Below, piece after piece: positions 13,102 to 21,790 of a stretch of DNA of 64,000 nt. Position numbers and translations under genes: made by a program. Each line of letters starts with the position of its first letter. Position 1 is the first letter of the stretch. The notes under the pieces were generated by a model that saw only the letters and a program-made list of their open reading frames with translations, was not told the DNA's origin and searched no databases. The DNA is taken from positions 416,001-480,000 of the forward strand of contig CAWIIP010000004.1 of NCBI GenBank assembly GCA_963836235.1, written 5' to 3'. The stretch is from an uncultured Pseudomonadota bacterium. GTDB taxonomy: Bacteria; Oederibacteriota; Muellerivitia; Muellerivitales; Muellerivitaceae.

Positions 13102-13311
13102 CGCCATCCTCCCCGTGGGGCTTCAGAATTTTGTTGGTTCTTAGTTAAAGCCTCTTTCATCCCTTTTTACTTGTAAAACCTTTGAAAAAAGCCTTTTTTT
13201 CGATTAATGCATTCTAGGCCGAGGGGGTATAATTCGAATCATTTCCCGTTGGAATTTTGAAGAAATTCCAACGAAACCGACATCGAATTTGCCGTTCTTT
13301 GACGAGGCGGC

Positions 13312-16300
13312 GTGACATTCAAGGTGGTTGTTTTGCGAAAGCTTTTGCCTCTTTTAGGTTTGACACTTCTGCTGTGTTATCCCGATACCTTTGCCTGGGC
13401 GGCGGGAAGGCAACAGCTTCATGGCCATATTCTGAAAGCTCTGGCAACGGCTCCCCGAATAGGCCCATTGGACCCCTCCACCCAACTGAACTTGGTCATA
13501 AGCCTACCCTTGCGCAACAACGCGGAACTTCAGGAACTTTTAAAACAACTCTACGATTCTCAAAGCCCTCAGTACCGCCATTTCCTCACGGTGGACCAGT
13601 TTGAAGCTAGGTTTGGTCCGTCCGAAGAGGATTACCAGTCCCTCGTTTCCTTCGCCCAATCGAACCACCTAACCATAGACGGTACCAGGTCCAGTCGCCG
13701 GTTATTGAAAGTCAGCGGGACGGTAGAGAACATTCAGAAGGTTTTTAATGTCAGCTTGAACCAATATCAAAAGCCGGATGGCAGCCTCTTTTTCGCGCCG
13801 GAAAACGAACCCTCCATCGACTTTGACGTGCCGGTTCTCCATGTGGGCGGTTTGGACAATTACCAGGTTCCAAAACCCATGCTCCATGCCTCCGCTCCCC
13901 AGGCTTGGGTGCCAAAGCAATCCTCTTACCACCCTTCCACCGGGGGAATCTCACCCAAGGCCATCGCAAACGCAGGATCGGCTCCTAGCAGTCTTTTTTG
14001 GGGTTCGGATTTCCGCAACGCCTATGTTCCCGGTGTCTGTCTCACCGGAACCGGCCAATCGGTCGCGTTGGTGGAGTTCGAGGGCTATTACGACAGCGAT
14101 ATTCTTGGCTATGAGGCCCTTGCGGGCCTGCCGAACGTCCCCGTCACCAACGTTCTGATTGATGGGTTTAGTGGAACCCCTCCCCGCCATAATGGCGACT
14201 CCAACGGCGTTATCGAGGTATCCCTGGACATCGAGATGGCCATTTCCATGGCGCCCGGATTGACCCAGGTGCGGGTTTATGAGGTAGCTAATAGCGCGCC
14301 GGCCAACGACGCCGACGATATGCTGGACCAAATCGCGACAGACGGTAAAACCACCTCGATCCATCAAATCAGCTGTTCCTGGACCGGGTTCGGCGACACC
14401 ACCTCGGAAACTTATTTCGAGCAGTTCGCCACGCAGGGGCAGGCTTTTTTCCAGGCGGCGGGCGACAACGGCGCTTACGTGACGGGAGACCCGGATACGA
14501 CCGTTCCGATTCCCACCAACTTCAGCTCCAACATCGAGATGACGGTGGTCGGAGGGACCGAGTTGTCGATGAACGGGTCGGGCCAATCCTACCTTTCGGA
14601 AACGACCTGGAACGCCCCCCTGGCCGGAGTCACCTATGCGGGTGGAGGGGGAGTTTGTTCCGTGGTTCCCATTCCGACTTACCAGCAGGGGGCCTCCATG
14701 ACGGCCTATATAACGGCCGACGGCGGGTCCACGGTGCTGCGAAACATCCCGGATGTTTCCATGGACGCTTTTAATATTTTTGTCGTAGGGAATAAGACCT
14801 ACACGAGCCCCACGAATTACAGCTACTACACCGTCGTCGGAACCAGCGCAGCGACGCCTCTTTGGGCTGGTTTTCTTGCCCTGGCCAACGAGCAGGGGGC
14901 GAGCGGGGGCGTGACCGTGGGATTCGCCAACCCGGCTCTTTACGCTATCGGTTTGGGAGGGAACTACAACGCCGATTTCAACGATATCAAGGACGGCAGC
15001 ACCAATAACCTCGCCGGAAATCCTAATCTTTATAAGGCCATTACCGGTTATGACCTAGCCACGGGATGGGGTTCGCCTACGGGGCAAAAACTGATCAATG
15101 ACCTGACCGGGCTGTCGGCTACTGCTTGTACCCAAACTCCGGGGACAACCCCATCAACGACCCAGACTTCGACGGGCACCTCTACCATAACCCCTACGAA
15201 AACGGTGACAAGCACTCCCACCTCAACCACGACGAATAGCGCGACCAATACGGCTACCCGCAGTCCGACCCAAACCACGACCAATACGCCCACGCTTACC
15301 GCCAGCTTTACGGCCAGTAGCACACCCACCCGTACCCCTACGGGTACTTCAACCGCTACGCCAACCCTTTCACCCACGAATACTCTTTCCGCCTCGCCTA
15401 CCAATAGCGTTAGCGGAACACCGAGCTCTACTCCGACGGCCACTTCAACGGCCACGTCCAGCAATACTCCCAGCAACACTTTGACCTTCACGCCTACCGC
15501 CACCACGACAAATACGCCTAGCAATACTTCCACCCATACCCCAACCAACACCGCTTCTTTCACCCCCACCCTTTCCCCGACGGGTACGCCTTCCACCACC
15601 CCTACCGGTACGGCCAGTCCGACACTGACCAACAGTCCAACGGTCACGCCGAGCTATACTCCCAGCAACACTTCGACTTTCTCGACTACCGCCACGGCAA
15701 CGAATAGCCCAAGCGATACCGCCACCACCACGCCCACCAATACGGCTAGCGGCACAGCGACCTCTACTCCGACGGCCACCACCACGGCCACGCCGAGCTA
15801 TAGCCCCAGCAATACTTCGACATCCACGCCTACGGCCACGGCGACCAACACGATGACGAATAGCCCGAGCGATACGGCCACCACGACACCTACCAACACG
15901 GCCTCTTCCACGCCCAGCCTTTCGCCCACGAATACGCCCTCCGCCACGCCCACCAGTTCGGCAACGACTACGGCTACTTTCACGGCTAGCGCGACGGGCA
16001 CCACGACGCCGGTTAACACGGCCACTAATACGGCTTCCTCCACCTCCACGCTTTCCCCGACGAATACCCCTTCCAATAGCCCCACAAGCACATCAAGTGA
16101 TACTCCCACTCAAAGCCCCACCTTCACATCAACTACGACACCCACGGACAGCCCCAGCAATACTTCGACATCCACGCCTACGGCCACGGCGACAAATACG
16201 ACGACGAATAGCCCGAGCGATACCGCCACCACGACACCCACCAACACGGCCTCTTCCACGCCGACTCTTTCGCCCACGAATACGCCTTCCGACACGCCCA

Positions 16301-16980
16301 CCAGTACGGCAACGATTACGGCTACCGACACCCCTACCCCGACGGGCACCCTAACACCCATCAATACGGCCACAAATACCGCCACTTTCACGGCCACCAA
16401 TAGTCCCATCAACAGCCCAACCTTTACGATTACCAGTACGCCGACCAATTCGACTACGGACACACCGACTTGGACGGCGACGAACACAACGACCGCAACC
16501 CTTACCGGAACGGTGTCCAATTCCCCGACCAGTACGGTTATCGCGACTCAAACGAACACGCCCACCAACAGCATTACCCCTACCCCGGTTGTTTCTTTCA
16601 CCGAAACGCCCACCGCCTCTAGCACGCCGACAGCGGCAGAAACTTCAACGGTAACACCGACTCCGACATCCTCTCCTTTGCCGGGCGCTCCGACTCCGAG
16701 TTGGTCGGTTCGCCCAACGATTTCCCATGGAGGGGAACCTATCGACTGGCAAGTGGTCTTGACCAGTTCATCGGAGATCACCCTCAGTCTTTACGATGTG
16801 GCGGGTGAACTCATCTATAAAACAAGTATCCAAGGCAACGTAGGCTCGAACAATATTTCTTGGGACCTTCAAAACCAATCCGGACAAAAGGTTACCGAGG
16901 GTCTTTATATTTATTTCATCGATATAGCCCAGGGTTTCCCTTTCCCCGACCCGCGCGGCAAAGTCCTTGTCCTCAATTAG
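13312..16980 (+). CDS. Secreted sedolisin/kumamolisin-type S53 serine protease with pro-domain, Thr/Pro/Ser-rich stalk and C-terminal FlgD-Ig/T9SS-like domain
   Basis: Signal peptide, activation pro-domain (YRHFLTVDQFEARFGP), EVSLDIE (Glu/Asp), AAGDNGA oxyanion Asp, GTSAATPLWAG nucleophile Ser, Ca site FNDIKDG...GYDLATGWGSP. About 520 aa of Thr-rich repeats. C-terminus LYDVAGE...WDLQNQSG...GLYIY...GKVLVLN. Confidence 0.92.
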   Translation: MTFKVVVLRKLLPLLGLTLLLCYPDTFAWAAGRQQLHGHILKALATAPRIGPLDPSTQLNLVISLPLRNNAELQELLKQLYDSQSPQYRHFLTVDQFEARFGPSEEDYQSLVSFAQSNHLTIDGTRSSRRLLKVSGTVENIQKVFNVSLNQYQKPDGSLFFAPENEPSIDFDVPVLHVGGLDNYQVPKPMLHASAPQAWVPKQSSYHPSTGGISPKAIANAGSAPSSLFWGSDFRNAYVPGVCLTGTGQSVALVEFEGYYDSDILGYEALAGLPNVPVTNVLIDGFSGTPPRHNGDSNGVIEVSLDIEMAISMAPGLTQVRVYEVANSAPANDADDMLDQIATDGKTTSIHQISCSWTGFGDTTSETYFEQFATQGQAFFQAAGDNGAYVTGDPDTTVPIPTNFSSNIEMTVVGGTELSMNGSGQSYLSETTWNAPLAGVTYAGGGGVCSVVPIPTYQQGASMTAYITADGGSTVLRNIPDVSMDAFNIFVVGNKTYTSPTNYSYYTVVGTSAATPLWAGFLALANEQGASGGVTVGFANPALYAIGLGGNYNADFNDIKDGSTNNLAGNPNLYKAITGYDLATGWGSPTGQKLINDLTGLSATACTQTPGTTPSTTQTSTGTSTITPTKTVTSTPTSTTTNSATNTATRSPTQTTTNTPTLTASFTASSTPTRTPTGTSTATPTLSPTNTLSASPTNSVSGTPSSTPTATSTATSSNTPSNTLTFTPTATTTNTPSNTSTHTPTNTASFTPTLSPTGTPSTTPTGTASPTLTNSPTVTPSYTPSNTSTFSTTATATNSPSDTATTTPTNTASGTATSTPTATTTATPSYSPSNTSTSTPTATATNTMTNSPSDTATTTPTNTASSTPSLSPTNTPSATPTSSATTTATFTASATGTTTPVNTATNTASSTSTLSPTNTPSNSPTSTSSDTPTQSPTFTSTTTPTDSPSNTSTSTPTATATNTTTNSPSDTATTTPTNTASSTPTLSPTNTPSDTPTSTATITATDTPTPTGTLTPINTATNTATFTATNSPINSPTFTITSTPTNSTTDTPTWTATNTTTATLTGTVSNSPTSTVIATQTNTPTNSITPTPVVSFTETPTASSTPTAAETSTVTPTPTSSPLPGAPTPSWSVRPTISHGGEPIDWQVVLTSSSEITLSLYDVAGELIYKTSIQGNVGSNNISWDLQNQSGQKVTEGLYIYFIDIAQGFPFPDPRGKVLVLN
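15802..16310 (+). repeat. Intragenic direct repeat (348 bp period) in the Thr-rich stalk
   Basis: agccccagcaatacttcgacatccacgcctacggccacggcgac... starts at 15802 and again at 16150, with high identity over more than 150 bp. Confidence 0.8.
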
Positions 16981-17032
16981 GGCGGGCGATCCAAAGGATC
17001 GTTTCCTGGTTTAAATAAGCCTATTTTCGTCC

Positions 17033-17062
17033 TGCAACCTTCCGCTTCCGAGGAGCGTCTTA
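17033..17062 (+). promoter_or_regulatory. Putative ECF sigma-factor promoter
   Basis: TGCAAC-N17-CGTCTTA matches the AAC/CGT pattern of ECF (SigW/RpoE-type) promoters, upstream of an AGGAGG RBS. Confidence 0.55.
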
Positions 17063-17097
17063 TCTACAAGAGCCGTTTGTGAAAGTTTCCTAGGAGG

Positions 17098-17340
17098 ATG
17101 AAAATGAAAAAACTACTTTTCGCAGCGTTGTTTGTTTCTTTCGCCATGATTGGCACGGCCAAAGCCGCGGTGGTCGTGAACGCGGAGGTTTGCCCGGTTC
17201 CCGGTGTCCGCTTGGTTTTGGGAAACAGGCCCTTTGTCAGGGAGGCCGTTCCTTACCGGCGTGTTGTTTGGATGAGGGATTATCACCGCCACCGGATCGT
17301 CCGTCCTTACTATGACGGCTGGGACCATTGCTATCGGTAA
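17098..17340 (+). CDS. Small secreted Arg/Tyr/His-rich protein
   Basis: AGGAGG RBS, classic signal peptide (MKKLLFAALFVSFAMIGTAKA), followed by a terminator. Confidence 0.75.
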   Translation: MKMKKLLFAALFVSFAMIGTAKAAVVVNAEVCPVPGVRLVLGNRPFVREAVPYRRVVWMRDYHRHRIVRPYYDGWDHCYR

Positions 17341-17365
17341 ACCATTCTGTGTTGATCCGAAGCGG

Positions 17366-17400
17366 CAAAAAAAGGCGGGGCATCAGCCCCGCCTTTTTTG
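17366..17400 (+). terminator. Intrinsic (bidirectional) terminator
   Basis: AAAAAAGGCGGGGC-ATCA-GCCCCGCCTTTTTT. Confidence 0.9.
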
Positions 17401-17503
17401 TTGAGGCGAAAACGAAGACAAGTTTGAACTCCCCCCTTCTTAACCGGCATTACCTTTCCACCAGGCTACCCCTCCCTCCCTGTTTCCCTTACAATTGACC
17501 GCT

Positions 17504-18052
17504 ATGGAAAACCGCCTGCACATTTACTATGGATATGGCAAAGGCAAAACGACAACGGCCGTGGGTTTGGCCATTCGGGCGCTCGGGGCCGGCCAAAAGG
17601 TCGCGATGGTCCAATTCGACAAGGGCTACGATGGAGTCAAGGAGCATTATTCCGAGCGGAAGATTTTGCGCCAATTGAAGGGCCTCCAACTTTTCCCCTT
17701 TGGCAAGGAAAGGGTACTGGGTCCCAACGCCTTTCGCTTCAAAAACGAACCGGGTGATTTTGAGGAAGCCCAAAAAGGCCTGGCCAAAGCGAGGGAGCTC
17801 ATCCTCTCGGGTGTCCAAGACCTGCTCATCCTGGACGAACTGCTCGCGGCGGTCATGACCAAACTGGTCACCCGGGAGGAGGTCATGGACTTGGTGGATA
17901 TCTATGGCCGGAACCGGCGATTTGAAATGGCCATTACCGGGCACCAGGTTTGGCCCGAGCTGGTCGAAAAAGCCGATTTGGTGACGGAAATGCGCAAGGA
18001 GAAGCATTACTTCGACAGTAAGATGTCCTCCAAAGAGGGAATTGAATACTAG
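17504..18052 (+). CDS. cobO: Cob(I)alamin adenosyltransferase (CobA/CobO/BtuR family)
   Basis: HIYYGYGKGKTTTAVGLAIRALGAG, VQFDKG, LLILDE, ITG, ADLVTEMRKEKHYFD...GIEY. Confidence 0.88.
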   Translation: MENRLHIYYGYGKGKTTTAVGLAIRALGAGQKVAMVQFDKGYDGVKEHYSERKILRQLKGLQLFPFGKERVLGPNAFRFKNEPGDFEEAQKGLAKARELILSGVQDLLILDELLAAVMTKLVTREEVMDLVDIYGRNRRFEMAITGHQVWPELVEKADLVTEMRKEKHYFDSKMSSKEGIEY

Positions 18053-18101
18053 CCGTTTTTAGCCGTTCACCCCTGGCCGTAAGGCTCCAAAAGGCGGAAA
18101 C

Positions 18102-18752
18102 GTGAAGACCAACCGACTCCCTTCATCCCTGCCTTATTTCATCCTGGTCGCTTTGCTGGGACTTGTTCCGGTTTTGAATAACAAGTACCCCGCCCAATTT
18201 TTTCCCGGATTTTCCCCTTGGGGGACGGAAGTCCTATCCACTTTTGCCGGAATCGCCGCGGCTACCCTGGGCTTCCTGAGGCTGTGGGCGCGCCTTGAAA
18301 AGGGGGGGCGTGCCAAGGCTTTGGTGTTGGAGGTGGCCGGCTCCCGCCACGCCGCCGATCATCCTTTGGATAACGACTTAGCCACCGCCACCAGGTTTAT
18401 TTCCCGCTTGGTCCGGAATGTGGACGAGGATTTGAGGGAAATCACCCCGGATTTTTCCGAGGATTCCCTTTGGCGCCTGGAAAAGTTTTTGCCAAAGCTG
18501 TTGGAGGAAATCGATAGCGAAGAGGACGCTTTTATCCGCCTCGGCGTGGCGGGGGTCTATTTAGGGGAAGCCGCCTGCCGGAATTTTCAATGGCAATGGC
18601 ATTTCAGGGCCGACCCCGCTTTGCGCCAGTTCAGCTATTTAACCTCGACGATCCAAAAAGAGGGGAAAAGCCTAGACCCTTACGCTTGGGCGGCGGAGTT
18701 GATGGCCGGCAAAGGCCGGATGTCCCAATTCATTGCGGAAATGAAGCGATGA
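18102..18752 (+). CDS. Hypothetical membrane protein (2 TM plus DUF3806-like domain)
   Basis: Two N-terminal hydrophobic segments, then DFSEDSLWRLE...GVAGVYLGE...WQW. Stop overlaps the next start (ATGA). Confidence 0.6.
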   Translation: MKTNRLPSSLPYFILVALLGLVPVLNNKYPAQFFPGFSPWGTEVLSTFAGIAAATLGFLRLWARLEKGGRAKALVLEVAGSRHAADHPLDNDLATATRFISRLVRNVDEDLREITPDFSEDSLWRLEKFLPKLLEEIDSEEDAFIRLGVAGVYLGEAACRNFQWQWHFRADPALRQFSYLTSTIQKEGKSLDPYAWAAELMAGKGRMSQFIAEMKR

Positions 18753-19471
18753 TGCCCCCTGAGGGAATCGGAAACTTCTATTGCCAGGGAAGAAGCGGCT
18801 ATGGAACGTTCTGGAAAGGATTGGCTTTCGCCGGAATGGCTGTTTTGGGATTCTTTTGCGGCCCAGGGGTTTCGGCTTCGAGAAACCTTCCCCAGCTCAT
18901 CCATGTCACCGCCAAGCTTTTGAGGCCGACCTATCATCACGAGTACGGCACCGCGCAAATCCAGGCCATGAGCGGCCTTCGGGCCCCCAGCCGGGCGGCC
19001 CAGGAACCGGGACTTACCTTGTTCGAGTATGAGATATCCTCCCAATATGAAATGACCGAAATGGGGCGTGATCCCAATGGCCCGCTCCGGGTTTGGGCCA
19101 AATCCATCGACGTTAGCTTTTCGGTCACGAGGATGGAAGTTTATATTTCGAGCCAATATGCCAAGGGAAGCTGCCAATATCAGACCATCCTGGCCCACGA
19201 GAATACTCATGTGGCCATCAATGAAAGGGTGTTTAAAAAATACAAGGCGCTTTTGATCCAGGCATTGAAAATGGACCGGAATCTACCCACCCGGGCGCAT
19301 CCCTTGCGGGTATCCTCCGAACAGGAAGGGGAGGATATCCTGGATCGGAACATTAAGGGGATTTTGACGCCGCTGGAAGAGCGCTTCCAGGCGGAGGATC
19401 GAAGGGAAAACGCGAAGATTGATACGCCCGCCAGTTACGCGCGAACCCAAGCCAGATGCCGAGATTGGTAA
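18749..19471 (+). CDS. Secreted hypothetical protein with HExxH zinc-metallopeptidase-like motif (DUF922-like)
   Basis: Hydrophobic signal-like segment, CQYQTILAHENTHVAIN, C-terminal Cys. Start uncertain. Confidence 0.55.
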   Translation: MMPPEGIGNFYCQGRSGYGTFWKGLAFAGMAVLGFFCGPGVSASRNLPQLIHVTAKLLRPTYHHEYGTAQIQAMSGLRAPSRAAQEPGLTLFEYEISSQYEMTEMGRDPNGPLRVWAKSIDVSFSVTRMEVYISSQYAKGSCQYQTILAHENTHVAINERVFKKYKALLIQALKMDRNLPTRAHPLRVSSEQEGEDILDRNIKGILTPLEERFQAEDRRENAKIDTPASYARTQARCRDW

Positions 19472-19480
19472 AAAATCAAT

Positions 19481-20470
19481 TTACGGTGGGCTGAATTTCT
19501 CCACCGAATGGGCCACCGGTTTGACCTGCTCATGCAAGTAATCGTAAATAGCCCCCAAGTCCTCGTCCGTCATTCCGCCATATTCTCCCCAGGGCATCAA
19601 GGTGTTGAATTGCCCCGGCTTGACCGGCGCGTGGCTGTCCGCCATTTGTTTCCCCAGGCGGAAACGCTTGATGAAGTAATCTTTGGTCCAATCCCCGATG
19701 CCCGTTTTGGGGTCCGGGGTGATATTTGCCGTCCGCAGCGTGGATCCGTCGGGAAAATGGAATTCCATTCCTCCGGCGAAATCCATGCCCGCCAGGGGAG
19801 CGCCATGGTCATCCACCGGCGTGTGGCAATCGTAACAGGATGTCGCGTTCACCATGTAACGGGCATAAGAGGCCTTATCCTTCGGGTCCGGGGCGGGGGC
19901 GAAGGATCCGGCATCCTTGGGAATGGTTTTGACGATGAAGTTCACGGGAAAGTCCAGCTTTGTCGGCGGCGGATCGTAGGCGACCGGGTTCAAGGTCCGG
20001 ATATAGGTGACGATCGAATAGAGGTCTTCCTGGCTCAGCTGGCTTAAATGCTGGTAGGGCATCAAGGGAAAAAGCGCCTGACCCTGCCTATTCACGCCGG
20101 TTCGAAGGACCCGGACGATTTCACCGTCCGTCCAGTCCTTCAAATGGTAAGGGGTGATGTTGCGGGAATAGAGATCGCCCGGAAGGCCCATGAGTTTCTT
20201 GCTGAAGAGAAAACCGCCCTGACCGAGGGTCCCCTCTTTTAAAGGAAAATTGAATTGATCCAATTGGCGGCTTGAATGGCAGCCGAGACAGCCGGTGACG
20301 TTTTCCACGAGATACTTGCCCCGGGCGAGCCGGGCCGGGCTGGATTCGATCCGGATGTTTTCCGCTGGACTGACTTTCGGAAAGGCCGTATTGAAATAAA
20401 GAATTCCGCCCGCCAGTGCCGCGACCAGAGCCAGCGCCAAGCCACCTAGAATCTTCAAGAATATTTTCAT
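19481..20470 (-). CDS. Membrane-anchored diheme cytochrome c
   Basis: N-terminal TM, two CxxCH motifs (CLGCH, CYDCH), each followed by NITP...W and a MP(Y/W) axial-Met motif. Confidence 0.9.
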   Translation of the reverse strand: MKIFLKILGGLALALVAALAGGILYFNTAFPKVSPAENIRIESSPARLARGKYLVENVTGCLGCHSSRQLDQFNFPLKEGTLGQGGFLFSKKLMGLPGDLYSRNITPYHLKDWTDGEIVRVLRTGVNRQGQALFPLMPYQHLSQLSQEDLYSIVTYIRTLNPVAYDPPPTKLDFPVNFIVKTIPKDAGSFAPAPDPKDKASYARYMVNATSCYDCHTPVDDHGAPLAGMDFAGGMEFHFPDGSTLRTANITPDPKTGIGDWTKDYFIKRFRLGKQMADSHAPVKPGQFNTLMPWGEYGGMTDEDLGAIYDYLHEQVKPVAHSVEKFSPP

Positions 20471-20595
20471 GTTCCCCCCGGATATAGTCGGTTAATCCGG
20501 CGAATAATATGACGGAAATCCCATTAGGGGGAAGAGAAATAACCGTTGATGCCCATTTCATATGGAAATGGGCACAAGCAAAGCTCATTCTTCGA

Positions 20596-20684
20596 CTTGA
20601 GGTCTCAGAACAGCTGCACCCAGCTTTTGGTTTTGGAGGGGCTGGGTATCCACAAGTCCGGTCTTCGGCACGTGGCCTCAGACC
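20596..20684 (+). ncRNA. Candidate structured small RNA (unassigned)
   Basis: Closing stem TGAGGTC/GGCCTCA enclosing the hairpin ACCCAGCTTTT...AGGGGCTGGGT. The G-U pairs work only on the + strand. Followed by a bidirectional terminator, with no credible ORF. Confidence 0.3.
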
Positions 20685-20691
20685 AGTGAAA

Positions 20692-20728
20692 ATAAAAAAG
20701 CCCCCGGGGTTATCCCCGGAGGCTTTTC
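20692..20728 (-). terminator. Intrinsic terminator downstream of the csp gene (bidirectional)
   Basis: Minus strand AAAAGCCTCCGGGG-ATAA-CCCCGGGGGCTTTTTTATTTT. Confidence 0.85.
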
Positions 20729-20745
20729 GCGGCGTCGCTCAATCG

Positions 20746-20946
20746 TTAGATTTTGCGGACGTTCTCGGCCTTTAAACCTTTTTGGCCTTGGGTGACTTCA
20801 AATTCAACCCTGTCACCTTCATTGAGGGTCTTAAATCCATCCGACTGAATAGAGGAGAAGTGGACGAATACGTCCTCGCCTCCATCTTGGGAAATGAAAC
20901 CAAAACCCTTCTCGTTCTTAAACCACTTGACGGTACCTTGTGCCAT
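20746..20946 (-). CDS. cspA: Cold-shock protein (CspA family)
   Basis: [15 protein letters not shown] (RNP1), DVFVHFSSI (RNP2), [13 protein letters not shown]. Confidence 0.97.
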   Translation of the reverse strand: MAQGTVKWFKNEKGFGFISQDGGEDVFVHFSSIQSDGFKTLNEGDRVEFEVTQGQKGLKAENVRKI

Positions 20947-21110
20947 GCTGCAACAACCTTTCTACTAATAAAATTTTCATCATCCCGGGGTTTAGGGCCC
21001 CGAAGACGGTTGCCATCATACAAGAATTCATTTGAAATAATAGGAAAACCTAGGATTTACCTTGAAAAAACGCGTAACGGCAGGACCTCACCATAAGGTT
21101 AAACTTTAGT

Positions 21111-21653
21111 TTATTCAAGGGTTTCCCCGGATTCCCCGCCGATGGATTCGTAAGATTCCACCGTTTCTTGAAGGGCGGGAAGGTCCTCGCGCAAGATTTG
21201 TTCGCTGGAGGAAGACAGCGTGAAAATCATCACCCGGTCTTTTTCTTCAACGTAGGCGACCGCCTCACCACCGCCGCCCTTTAGGTGTAGGTAAAAAAAG
21301 AGCGGTGCCGGTTTTTGATAGCGGGTTTGAAGAACCGGGCCCTGTTGAGCGGAGAACTTCGGGTTTTGCTGGCGGATATCCTCCTCGTCCTGCTGGATCA
21401 GGTTCTTTAAGTCCTTGAAGTCTTTTCCTTGGAAGGTAGCATTGACCGTCAGCACGGAAGCGGCGTTTTGATAGGTCGTTCCCTGGGGATAAAGGACCAC
21501 GTCCGCCTCGGCCTCGGCGGCCAAATGCTGGTCCAGAACCCAGCCGAGAGGCGCCGAAAGCAAAAAAGAGTAGCCGTCACCCTGGATCATTTCGGCTTGG
21601 AGCGGAAGGGACCCCCAAAAGAACGCCAGGGCCCAGGCCCATTTGAGTTTCAT
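21111..21653 (-). CDS. Secreted hypothetical protein
   Basis: Signal peptide MKLKWAWALAFFWGSLPLQA, then SFLLSAPLGWVLD...VVLYPQG. Start placed at 21653. Confidence 0.65.
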   Translation of the reverse strand: MKLKWAWALAFFWGSLPLQAEMIQGDGYSFLLSAPLGWVLDQHLAAEAEADVVLYPQGTTYQNAASVLTVNATFQGKDFKDLKNLIQQDEEDIRQQNPKFSAQQGPVLQTRYQKPAPLFFYLHLKGGGGEAVAYVEEKDRVMIFTLSSSSEQILREDLPALQETVESYESIGGESGETLE

Positions 21654-21790
21654 CGGAAAACCGCCGTTTGTAAAATGGAACAGCCGGAAGCCATTGACCA
21701 TCGGGTTTATCATAGCTTTTGGCGGGGGATTTTTAACCCCAATCCAGCTAGAATCGTAACCCTGAGTGGCTTGAAGAAAAAGAGGTAACC

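Noticed and set aside
15048-16520. Val/Gly-rich minus-strand ORFs (also 29594-30676)
   Set aside because: Reverse-complement artefacts of the Thr/Pro (ACN/CCN) repeats.
17400-17503. Possible cobalamin riboswitch before cobO
   Set aside because: The interval is short and lacks the B12-box and GGGAA core elements.
20509-20775. 88 aa + strand ORF over the candidate RNA
   Set aside because: No RBS or motif, it runs through a terminator and it overlaps the csp gene.
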